Shown piece after piece: positions 11,711 to 23,074 of a stretch of DNA of 64,000 bases. A model generated the notes under the pieces. That model was not told the DNA's origin. It saw only the letters and a program-made list of their open reading frames with translations, and did not search any database. How positions within the stretch are numbered: the first letter of the stretch is position 1; each line of letters begins with the position of its first letter. Position numbers and translations under genes: made by a program. The DNA is from Strigamia acuminata (taxonomy: Eukaryota): NCBI GenBank assembly GCA_949358305.1, contig OX442314.1, forward strand, positions 1,612,001 through 1,676,000. The letters run 5' to 3'.

Positions 11711-11917
11711 AAAGAAGGGCCGATACCTTCGACCCCCCCCTCCCGCGAGTCTTGCGGAAGAGTAGTATTTTCAAGAACTTGTCACAGTATAATAAACCAA
11801 CTAATACAAATCAATCATTCAATGTTGCCAACGAAAAGTCGGGGGAGAGCGGGACGCGAACCTTCGGTCACCAGCTCCGTGCGGCAGGTCACCCTGCCCG
11901 CTCGGCCACCCGGGGCC
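11711..11917 (-). ncRNA. Pol III-type RNA copy F
   Basis: As copy D. Shortest core (~70 nt). Confidence 0.65.
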
Positions 11918-12308
11918 GAAGATAAAGCGTCTTCGTGGTCGTCTGGAATTTCGTCGCTTTCGGTTCGAGTGCTCTATTTTACTCTACTCTACTCTACTCT
12001 ACTCTACTCTACTCTACTCTACTCTACTCTACTCTACTTTACTTTACTTTACTTTACTTTACTTTACTTTACTTCGGGTTTCTTTCTTTTTTGTTTGTTT
12101 CAACCTCGTAGGTTGATTTGAACGTTTTTGAGAAGAAATGAAGAGAGAGAGAGGCGAGGCGTGTGGTTTACTCGCTGATTTATTCGAGAGAGCAGATAAC
12201 ACAACAACAAAATGTATATATATACATGTGTATATGTATGTATGTATGTATACATAAACAAATAAATAAATGAATGGGTGAACGAATGAATGAACGAATG
12301 GAGAAAAA

Positions 12309-12383
<75 letters not shown>

Positions 12384-12641
12384 AAAAAATAAATAAAAAA
12401 AATAAATAAATAGGTCGCGGACGACGTCGTCGATGTCGCTCGCGCGTTCGGTCGTCCACCTCGCTCGCTCGCTGTCTGCCTGTCCAGCTCGCGTCATTCT
12501 AAGTCGGTCGGTCGGTCGGTCGGTCAATCGGTCGGTCGGTCGTTCTAAGTCGGTTGGTCGGTCGTTCGTTCTAAGTCGGTTGGTCGGTCGGTCGGTCGGT
12601 CGTTCTAAGTCGGTCGGTCGCTCGCTCGCTCGCTCGCTCGC

Positions 12642-13195
12642 TCACACCGACTCGAAGCTCCGGTCGTCGAGTGCATACGGCGGACGGTCACAGTATTCCA
12701 ATAGAAACTCCGCGTGGTCTCGGTCGATATCCTCCGTTGCCGCGATCAACCGGACCATGTACTCCGGGACCAGGACCTTGGGCACTATCGTCGCGAGACG
12801 ATCCGGCGGCATGCGGGGAATGCCTTTCGGTGGAAGCAAACCGACCTCCGCTTCGTAGAGACCCTCGATCTTGCGAACCAGCCATCGACTCTGAAACGTG
12901 AATGGAAATTTAAACGAGCGAACAAACAAACGAACGAGCGAACGATTCGTTAACCCGTACCACCGCCTTGTCTCTGATTAACGCCTCGTGTTGGTCCGTC
13001 ACCAGGTCTTCTCGCGCGCTGGTGGTCCCTTTAAACGCGCTCATCCGCCAACTCGCCGACTCGCCTCGGAGGACATTCGCGATGTGCCGGTAGCAAGCGT
13101 GCTCTTTGCGGGCCAGGCCCTCTTTGGTCGTGTAGACGGAGCACCTGCGAGAGAAATTCGGGATTAGTTCGACGAACGAAAAACGATCAACACCG

Positions 13196-13242
<47 letters not shown>

Positions 13243-14858
13243 TACCGCAGTTTGGAGCAGAGGGGTTCGTCGCGACAACCGCTGCAGACAAAACCTTCGC
13301 TTCGGCCGAGTCGTTTGGTCCACGGCCGCCCCACGCACTCTTCGTGCACCGAGCATAAACACTCGGAGCATTTGATCCGCGGGTCGGCCACCCCGAGACA
13401 GTAGATACTGTCGCAACCGGTTGCCTTGGAGCCAGCGGCACCACTCCGATCGTGGCGATACAGGGACGTCTGAAATTTGAAACGAGCGAATTTGTGAACG
13501 GATACGAGAAAGAAAGAAAGAAAGAAAGAAAGAAAAACGAGACAATACGGGACGAGATTTTTCGTTTCTTACCTTGAACGGTTGCGAAAACGGCCGCGAA
13601 GAAGATGACCGCGACTGCGACCACGACTGCGACTGCGACTCCTTCGATCGCGACTCCTTCGATCGCGACTCCTTCGACTGCGACCGCGACCGCGACTGCG
13701 ATCGCGACCGCGACCGCGACTGCGACTGCGACCGCGACTGCGACTGCGACCGCGATTGCGACCGCGACCGCGACCGCGACCGCGACCCGGTGCCGCGACT
13801 GTGCCCGGGCGAGGGCTCGTGTTCGGCGTGTTCGAGTTCGAACTCACTTTCTCGCCGACGCTGTATCTCGCGACTCTGTGCGCGGATCATTTGGCCTTCG
13901 CACTCTACCTTCGCGCGGTTCTTCTTGCGGACTTCGCGGCGAGCGCGTTCCTCATCATCGTCGTCGTCGCGGACGAGCGGGATGCCGGGTACCCGACTAC
14001 GCACGAAAGTGAAGCCGCGTACGGTGATGGGATCGCGCGAGAGGTCGACGTCGTATTCTCGGGACTTGCTGGTGGCACCGGCACCGGCACCACGATCGGG
14101 GCGGGCGCCGGTGAAGAGGTCGGCACCACTGTCCTCGGCGCCGTCGTCGTCGCCGCCGCTGCTGCTGCTGCTGTTGCTATTGTCGTCTGCACGTTTAATG
14201 GATCCGGCGTGTTTAGCGGCAACAACAGTAGATTTGGCGCGTTGCTCGGTGGTGGGTTTGGCACGTTGCTCGGCGGCGGATTTGGCGCGTTGCTCGGCGG
14301 CGGATTTGGCGCGTTGCTCGGCGGCGGATTTGGCGCGTTGCTCGGCGGCGGATTTGGCGCGTTGCTCGGCGGCGGATTTGGCGCGTTGCTCGGCGGCGGA
14401 TTTGGCGCGTTGCTCGGCGGCGGATTTGGCGCGTTGCTCGGCGGCGGATTTGGCGCGTTGCTCGGCGGCGGATTTGGCGCGTTGCTCGGCGGCGGATTTG
14501 GCGCGTTGCTCGGCGGCGGATTTGGCGCGTTGCTCGGCGGTGCGAAGAGCAGTTGCAGCAGCGGGGGCAATGCGAAAGGTACCAGCGAGAGGAGAGGGAC
14601 GCGGGGAAGGGAAAGAAGCGGGCATGGAAAACAAGCCCCTGACTTTGTCCTTTCCGAAGAGGAGATCCAGCACCGGGCGTTGTTGCACCATGTCGATGGC
14701 TTCCTGAAAAAGAAAACGAACGAGTCAATTCGATCGATAGATTGATCGAGTCCTCGACGCGAGTCAGTCACGCACGTTCGACATCCACTTCGTGTACCCT
14801 TCCTTCATCAGGTCCAAGTTGCTTTGTTCTACTGGGATGACTACCTGTGTGTGTGTGT

Positions 14859-14944
<86 letters not shown>

Positions 14945-16244
14945 GTGAATAAAAAATTAAAATAATCAATGAACGAACGAATAAACCGAGGCGTTTTTCT
15001 TTCACCTTCTTTTCTGCCTCGCCCTTTCGTCGTTTCGGTTGATCCGGGACACGTTGCGGCGCCGGGCGTTTCGGCGCCGGTAGTTTCGGTTCGTCGCATC
15101 CCCTTTGGTCGATGCTCGACCTTATCGTCGCGATCGGTACGTAAAATTTATGTTTCGTCCAAAGATGTTGCCTCAGGTCATCCGGCTGCGTGTCGCACAA
15201 AGGGCAGTCGGACGCGTGCTCCGTCGTCGAAAACAGTTCCTGTCGGGTAAAAAAAACAAAAAAAACAAAAACATACGATTTGTTCAGCGACGACACCGAG
15301 AGACCGCGCGAGGAAACACATGCATACATACGTACCTGGCAAAAGCCGTCGAATGTGCCGATGTGGCCGCGCAGCAATTGCCTGGCCGCCTCAAAGTCTC
15401 TGGCTACGGTGTGCACACTCCGCCAGTGATCGCCAATGTCCTTGAGTGGGCCAGCCGGTTTCCATCCGCCCCCATCGCCGTCGTCGTCGTCGCCGTCGCC
15501 GTCGTCGTCGTCGTAGGCGTAGTTCGCGCGCTTCCTGCGGCACAGCCAACACATCCCCACCCTGCTGCGAACGGGCTTGTCCTGAACGAAGAAGAAGAAG
15601 AAGAAGAAGAAAAAACGAGTGAATCGACGACACGGGCGGGCGCCGTTGCTCACCTTCGCAGAGTCGTAGGAGCCAAAGTCTGTTTGTTGCGACTGCGACC
15701 CGCTGGGAGGGACTGGGAGCATCGCCTCGAGAGCCCCCAGTCTTTCGCCGTGGTTGGCGAGGTTCGACCTCAATTCTTCCAGTTCAACTTCCAGGGTGTT
15801 GATCTTGGCTTGCATGGCTTCGACCTCGCGCCCCGTTGCCCCGTCACCGCCGCTGTTGCCGTCGTTGGCTTCGTTGCCGCCGTTGCCGTTGTCGCCGCCA
15901 CCGCCGTTGTTGCCATTGCCATTGTCGCTGTCGTCGTCGTTGTCGCTGTCGAGTCGTCTATCGAAAAACGAAAACGAATGTAAATGGTATCCCGCACGAA
16001 CCCGGTCGCGCCGTGGTACTTACATTGGACGGGGTTTGCGTACACCTTCCAATCCGGACAACGTGCTCGGAAACGACTGGCTGGCGCCCGGGTCCGCGCT
16101 CTCGGTTCCCGCTGTTCCGTTCGGCGACGACAAAACGTGCACCACCTCCTCGGCGCCTGTTTCCGCGTGGGTCTCCGTGACACCTCCGCCCTCGGGGTTC
16201 ACTCCCGTCCGTTCTTCGCCCACTCCTCGTTGCTCGTCGTCCAT
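12642..16244 (-). CDS. Nine-exon nuclear-type protein (~953 aa): coiled coil, two C2H2-like fingers, (AAEQRAKS)n, RS/SQ tract, PHD finger
   Basis: Exons 16244-16024, 15957-15654, 15581-15336, 15239-15006, 14844-14776, 14703-13573, 13469-13246, 13144-12961, 12890-12642 join in frame. Fingers CWLC…HWRSVH and CPLC…HLWTKH. PHD C4HC3: CDSIYC…CSEC…HEEC…CSGC. Confidence 0.75.
14230..14540. repeat. 24-bp coding tandem repeat, ~12-13 copies, encoding AAEQRAKS
   Basis: (GCGGATTTGGCGCGTTGCTCGGCG)n is directly visible. Confidence 0.95.
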
Positions 16245-17479
16245 TTTCGTCGATCAATCGCCTACTTATAAACGAATTGGTCGTTTAATCAATTAATTGG
16301 TTAATTCATTAGACCGATTAACGGACGAACGGACGGACAAATAATAGCGCCGCGAGTAGTAACCACAAAACCAACGTTGAATCTAGTCGTTTGATATCGA
16401 CGGGGTTTCCCCCCTCCTCCGTGCTCACGCACGCTGTCCCGCATGGCACGCCGTTTTTATTCGCCCGTTCCGTTTCTTCTCTCGTTTGTTTGTTTTTTTT
16501 TTAAGAAATAATGCGATTGGATAGCCTTACTTACTCGTTTGTTCGTTTTTTTTTTGTTTGTTTGTTTGTTTGTTTTTCCCACTCTACGGAGTCCAGCGAA
16601 CCGATATATGTACGCGTGTGCGTCGCGAAGAAGGAGAAGGGCACAACAATGGCGGGAAAAAGCTTGATCCGCTGTTCACCTCGATGTCACGGCGCTGCGA
16701 CGCGACGCTCGGCGATGCGAATTAAAAAGAAAAAATGAAACAAAATAAAACAAAGTGAAACAATAAAATGAAACGAAACGAAACAAAATAAAATGAAACG
16801 AATAAACGATCGGCGTTTTGAATCGTGCCGCGTCATGTTGCCCGGTTGCGCCACCGGGTGCCCGCGCAGCGCTCGGCGCTCGGTGTTCGGTGTTCGGCCC
16901 GTCCCGTGAACGGGGAGGAGAAGAACGAAGCGGGGACTACGGGTTCGGGTTAGGCGCCGACGGCGTGGTTGATCGATTATATTTTCTCGCTTTCTATTTA
17001 TCTTCTCGTAAGAGTTGTAAAGGCGTATAAAGAATAAACAATTGGAGCGAAAAGTAAACGGTCTTTTTATTTGTGTACATTTGTAAAATTTGAAAATTTT
17101 TCTTAAAACTAAGCGTGAATAAACGAGCGAAAAAAATGAGGCGGGCTCGCGCGACGGGCGACGGGTCTAGTTGTCGCATTAGTCGGTCCTGGTCGAGGAG
17201 CAGTCTGTCTGTCCTTAACGGTCAAAATGAGAATGGCACCGAAGAGACTCCGTACATTATTCGATGTGAAATCTGAAATCTGAAATCTGAAATCTGAAAT
17301 CTGAAAAATCTGAAAAACCTGAAAAACCTGGGACCCGTGAAAACCCGAAATCTGAAAACCGATTGATTGGTCGGTCGATCAATCAATCGATCGATCGATC
17401 GGTGGACGGTTGGCTGCCTGCCCCACCCACCCGCGACGATTGGCCCCACCGGCCGGCGGTGGCCCATTCTCGACTTATT

Positions 17480-19909
17480 TATTTATTATTTTGACCGGCC
17501 CGAAGGCCAGTCTGAGACCGAAAAAGCACGGCTGCTTTTACAGAGACGGGTATCAAATACCGCGCCGCTCGGCGGGTACTGTGCGCCGCTCGACCGAGCG
17601 GCGGGCCCGAGTCCCGAGTTCGATCTGAAAGTGTTGGCAAAACCCATCGAACGTGTTCGGGAAGACTCCCGTCCACAACGACGGCGCGAGACCCCCGGAA
17701 GATGAAAATAAAATACGAAACGGCTCATTTTCTATAAAATTTTTATTCCAACGAATTACGACGAAGATAACCTAATTAACGGTTAAAGCACGGACCGCAA
17801 AGTCGGTCCCACGACCGAAGAATTAAAATTTTAATCGTCTTTCTTTTTTCGTGTGATATTTTTTTTACCTCGTACCGATCGCCACATCGGACACGAGTAG
17901 AATGCACGCGACCGCACGCATGCTGCGAGGTTTAGACGGTCGAAGGAATGCCGGTAAGGGAGCTTATTTTCGGGGCGAGTCGTCGGGGCTGCCGCTGCCG
18001 CCGCTGTCGCTCAACGACCCCAACCGCATCTATTCGTCGGGACGGATACGTTCCATTTTCGGACTTATTTATTTATTTATTTATTTATTATTTTGACCGG
18101 CCCGAAGGCCAGTCTGAGACCGTGGCGAAGCAAGGGTCCTTTTATATCGGATACCGCGCCGCTCGGCGGGTACTGTGCGCCGCTCGACCGAGCGGCGGGC
18201 CCGAGTCCCGAGTTCGATCTGAAAGTGTTGGCAAAACCCATCGAACGTGTTCGGGAAGACTCCCGTCCACAACGACGGCGCGAGACCCCCGGAAGATGAA
18301 AATAAAATACGAAACGGCTCATTTTCTATAAAATTTTTATTCCAACGAATTACGACGAAGATAACCTAATTAACGGTTAAAGTACGAACCGCAAAGTCGG
18401 TGCCACGACCGGAGAATTAAAATTTTAATCGTCTTCCTTTCTCTGATGATCTTTTTTTTTTTTACTCCGTACCGATCGCCACGTCGGACACGAGTAGAAT
18501 GCACGCGACCGCACGAGCGCTGCGAGGTTTGAACGAACAAACGGATGCCAGCGCAGGACCTTATTTTCGGGGCGATTCGTCCGGGCTGTCGCTGCCGCTG
18601 ACGCCGCTCAACGACACCACCTGCCCCTATTCTGGCCGGGACGGGGACGTTCTATTTCCGATTTATTCATTTATTTGTTATTTTGACCGGCCCGAAGGCC
18701 AGTCTGAGACCGAGACCCACCGACCGACCATTGGATGGTAGGCGACTCGACCAACAGAAAATGGCGACGAACATTTTAGGAGACGGAACCACACCAACGA
18801 CCGACCGGCCATTTGGTACTCAACAGGTACTCCAGTCTCGATCTGAAAAACGTCCGCAATGTCTATCGGATGCGATGACCGGGACTCGCATCGACTGCGA
18901 CGGTACACGGTCCCTGGGAAATGATTTAAAAATGTAAAACGACGATTATTTTGTAAAACTTTTATTCGAATCTGCCACAACGAAGATAACCTAATTAACG
19001 GTTAAAGCACGAACCGCAAAGTCGGTGCCACGACTGGAGAATTAAAATTTTAATCGTCTTCCTTTCTCTGATGATCTTTTTTTTTTTTACTCCGTACCGA
19101 TCGCCACGTCGGACACGAGTAGAATGCACGCGACCGCACGCGCACTGCGAGGTTTAGACGAGCAAACGGATGCCGGCGCGGGAGCTTATCTTTTGCGACG
19201 AGTCGTCGGGGTTGCCGCTGCCACCACCACCGCCACCGTCCAGCGACCCCAACCGCCTTTATTCGCCGACTCGTTTATTTATTTATTTATTTATTTATTT
19301 GTTTATTTTTTTTGACCGGCCCGAAGGCCGGTCTGAGACCGAGAGGTGCTCTCGACAAAGATGTGTCCACCGTTGGATGCAAGAACTCGGGTACCGCGCC
19401 ACTCGACGGGTACTGCGCCGCTCGGACGAGCCACGGCCCCTCGTTCCGCTGGCGATCTGGAAACTCCCACAAAGTCCGTCGAACGCATCGAGCGAGACTC
19501 GCTCCGATTATGACGGCGCAAGACCCCCGAAAGATGAAAATGAAATACGGAAATGTCAATTTTCCGTAAAAATTTTATTCCGATAAATTGCGACGACGAT
19601 AATCTAATTAACGATTAAAGCACGAACCGCGAAGTCGGTTCCACAACCGGAGAATTAAAATTTTAATCGTCTTTCTTTTTCGTGTGATATTTTTTTTACC
19701 TCGTACCGGTCGCTACATCGGACACGAGTAGAATGCACGCGACCGCACGCGCTGCGAGGATTAGACGGACGAAGGACGCACGAAGGGATGCCGACGCGGG
19801 ACTTTATTTTCGGGGCGAGTCATCGAGGTTGCCGCTGCCGCCGCCACTCACTCGACGACCCCAGCTGCCACTATTCGCCGGGACGAACGCGTTCTATTTC
19901 CCGACCTAC

Positions 19910-19960
<51 letters not shown>

Positions 19961-20930
19961 TTCATTTATTTATTTATTTATTTATTTTGACCGACCCGAA
20001 GGCCAGTCTGAGACCGACGAAGCAAGGGAGGTTTAAAAAAGACGGGTATCGGATACCGTGCCGCTCGGCGGGTACTGGCGCCGCTCGACCGAGCGACGGG
20101 CCCGAGTTCCGCATTCGATCTGAAAGTGTCGGCAAAACCCATCGAACGTGTTCGGGAAGACTCCCGTCCACAACGACGGCGCGAGACCCCCGGAAGATGA
20201 AAATAAAATACGAAACGGCTGATTTTCTGTGAAATTTTTATTACGACGAGTTGCGACGAAGATAACCTAATTAACGGTTAAAGCACGAACCGCAAAGTCG
20301 GTTCCACGACCGGAGAATTAAAACTTTAATCGTCTTTCTTTTTCGGGTGATCTTTTTTTTACTCTGTACCGATCGCCACACCGGACACGAGTAGAATGCA
20401 CGCGACCGCACGCGCTGCGAGGTTTAGACGGACGAAGGAATGCTGGTGCGGGAGCTTATTTTCGGGGCGAGTCGTCGGGGCTACCGCCGCCGCTGCCGCC
20501 GCTCAACGACGCCACCCGCCCCTAGTCTCGCCGGGACGGGGGCGTTCTATTTTCGATTTATTCATTTATTTGTTATTTTGACCGGCCCGAAGGCCAGTCC
20601 GAGACCGTGACGAAGCAAGGGAGTTATTTGATCGGATACCGCGCCGCTCGGCGGGTACTGGCGCCGCTCGACCGAGCGGCGGGCCCGAGTTCCGCGTCCG
20701 ATCTGAAAGCATTCGCGAAGCCCGTCGAACGTGTTCGGGAAGACTCCCGTCCACAACGACGACGCGAGACCCTCGGAAGATGAAAATAAAATACGATACG
20801 GCCGATTTTCTATAAAATTTTTATCCCGATAAGTCACGACGAAGATAATCCAATTAACCGTTAAAGCACGGGTCGCGGAGTCGATTCCACGACCGGGGAA
20901 TCAAATTTCGACTGTCTGTCTTCCCCCGTT
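17480..20930 (-). repeat. Tandem array of six ~600-bp units, each with a GACTGGCC-TTCG-GGCCGGTC hairpin next to a variable segment
   Basis: Hairpins start at 17493, 18095, 18685, 19314, 19989 and 20580. Shared blocks include cgaagataacctaattaacggttaaagcac and ggacacgagtagaatgcacgcgaccgcacg. Confidence 0.9.
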
Positions 20931-21720
20931 ACCCGTTTTTTAATTCCGAGCGATGTCCGGCGCGCGCCCGTTCGCTCCCTCCCTCTACCCGGAATAGACA
21001 GACGCGAGAACGGAGCAAAATCTCTGACCTCGGCCCGTCCCGCCGCTAGTTTATTTATTTTCGACTTATTTATTTATTTATTTATTTATTTATCTATTTA
21101 TTATTTTGTTTGTTTATTTAATTATTCTATTTCATTTTATTTTTTTAATGAATTATTATTATTATTGTTGTTTAGCTAGAAGTATGCTACGTCGCGTGTC
21201 ATTATCGCCATTGTTATCACCGGGCGTCGCGTCGGTTCATTCGCCAAAATCAGACAGACAGACACAATGGACGCGACACGCGCTTCGCACACGGAGGTAA
21301 ATTATTAAACCATTACTTGTAAAATGTTATTTTGTCAATTGGCCGCGTTCGCGTTTTGCGTGCGCAGAATGCACGAACTCACCGAGTTACTCGCGTAAAC
21401 GTTAGCGTCGCCGTTGTTCTCGTCGCTAGACGAAACGACCAATTTGACGAATGGACGAACGAGTTTAACGAATTTGATAAAACTTAACGAGTGGACGAGA
21501 TTAACGAATGAATGAATAAATAAAAAAAAATAAAGAAATAAATAGGCGTTTGTTTCGGGGCAATTCGTATAGTGCAACGAGTCGTGCGGTGAAACTATAG
21601 CGCCCCCCTCTCGCTCGTCCTTCGGTCTCTTTTCCTCACCTCCACCCCTTCTTCTTTCGGTTTTACCGCGCTCGCGCTTCGATTTAATTCAATTTAATTT
21701 AATTTATTCCTTCTCTACAG

Positions 21721-22544
21721 ATGCCGATCGAAAACGAGAGCGAGAGTGGGAGCGAGAACGAGGCGCTGACGCAGCTGCAGCCGCCGCAGTCGCAGCTACC
21801 GTCGCAACCACCGTCACCGGGGACGTCGGAGACGCCGACGCAGCCACAGTCGCCGGAGACGCAGCGAACGGTAAAGCGTCCCGGGGAAGCGGGCGATCCG
21901 GCGCCAACCAAAAAGGTATCCCGTCAAGATTGTCGTCGTTCATTCGTCTATTCATTCGCCTATTCCCCCTCCATTTTCCAGCCGCGTCAAGACGGAGAAT
22001 CGTCGCCAGCGCGCGTCGTCGCCTCGTCGTCGAGCGACGCCGTCCCATCTACGTCGTCCGCCGCTCCCTTGTCGGGCGGGCTGGAGGCTCCGGCAAAGAC
22101 AGTGGCGGAGGAGGGAGAGGGCGAAGAAGGAGGAGAGGGAGGAGAAGGAGAAGAAGAGGAAGAAGAAGAAGATGAAGAGGAAGAGGAGGAAGAGAGCGAC
22201 GACCGAGACGTCGCCGATGGAGTCGAGTTGCTCCCGGCTGGAGGCCCCGTGTTCTCGCGTTTGGCGTTGGACGCGCACCGCGCTATAGTTAGAATGCTGA
22301 TGCGCATGGTGAGTGAGTCAGTCGGTGGAAAACGTTCACCGTGCATGTACGCACCTTTTTTTCCCCGTATTTCGACAAACATTCGTTTTTTTTTTTTTTT
22401 TTTTTTTTTTAGCCGCCACCCAACACTGGTGGCTCCTCCGACGCACCGGCGGTTACCCGCGAGTCGAAGAAACGGGACAGTGAGCGAATTCTCCACTAAG
22501 CGCCTCTTCGAATACTCATCTTTTCTTCTCTCATTTCAGAATAG
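21721..22544 (+). CDS. Four-exon low-complexity Pro/Ser/acidic orphan protein (~197 aa; exons 21721-21915, 21982-22308, 22413-22479, 22540-22544)
   Basis: ATG directly after an acceptor (ctacag). Canonical donors keep the frame. Poly-E tract. Confidence 0.5.
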
Positions 22545-23074
22545 ATGGATAGGCAGATAAAGGCGACATCGAGGATCGAAACGGCCAATATTTCATTTTA
22601 TTTCATTTCATTTCATCTTTATTTTATTTTATTTTATTTTATTTTATTTTATTTTTTTATGTATTCGATTTGTTTATTAATTTGTTTGTTTGTTTTCATT
22701 TGTTTTCATCGATTCGTTTAAAATGCTAGACGAATAAAAAATAAATAAATAGATAAACGAACTCGGTTGTTGTTGCGTGGCTTCTTTAAGCGAGCTCGGG
22801 GTTGCCTCGCACGCACGAGGGGCGCACCGGTAGTTACTTCCGTGGTGTTGCGCCGTGCACACCGTGCGCCGACGGTAGTTTGCGCGCATTGTCTGTCGCG
22901 CGACCCACTCGGTCTATCGGTACGGAGGCATCGTCGTGGTTCGTATTTTGGAGCGGCCGTGTCTGGCCTCGAGAGGGAGAGGAGGGGGAGGAGGAGGAGG
23001 GAGGGGAGACGGTGACAAATATTTATTTTGAAACAAATTACCGGGACTACCGGCGCTCGTTGGCGCCCGTTGTC

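Noticed and set aside
821..11917. Calling the six heads canonical tRNA genes
   Set aside because: A and B boxes are present, but there is no proper acceptor stem or anticodon arm; a GTGA hairpin occupies that region.
13574..14771. Plus-strand and alternate-frame ORFs (GGGFGALL, DCDRDR, PPSNAPN repeats)
   Set aside because: Shadows of the 24-bp and 6-bp repeats. Only the AAEQRAKS frame splices into the nine-exon gene.
17480..20930. CRISPR array, or Sm-site snRNA (ATTTTGA + hairpin) on the plus strand
   Set aside because: Units are ~600 bp with homologous interiors and there are no cas genes. Wobble pairs and the UUCG loop favour the minus strand, and ATTT runs are ubiquitous here.
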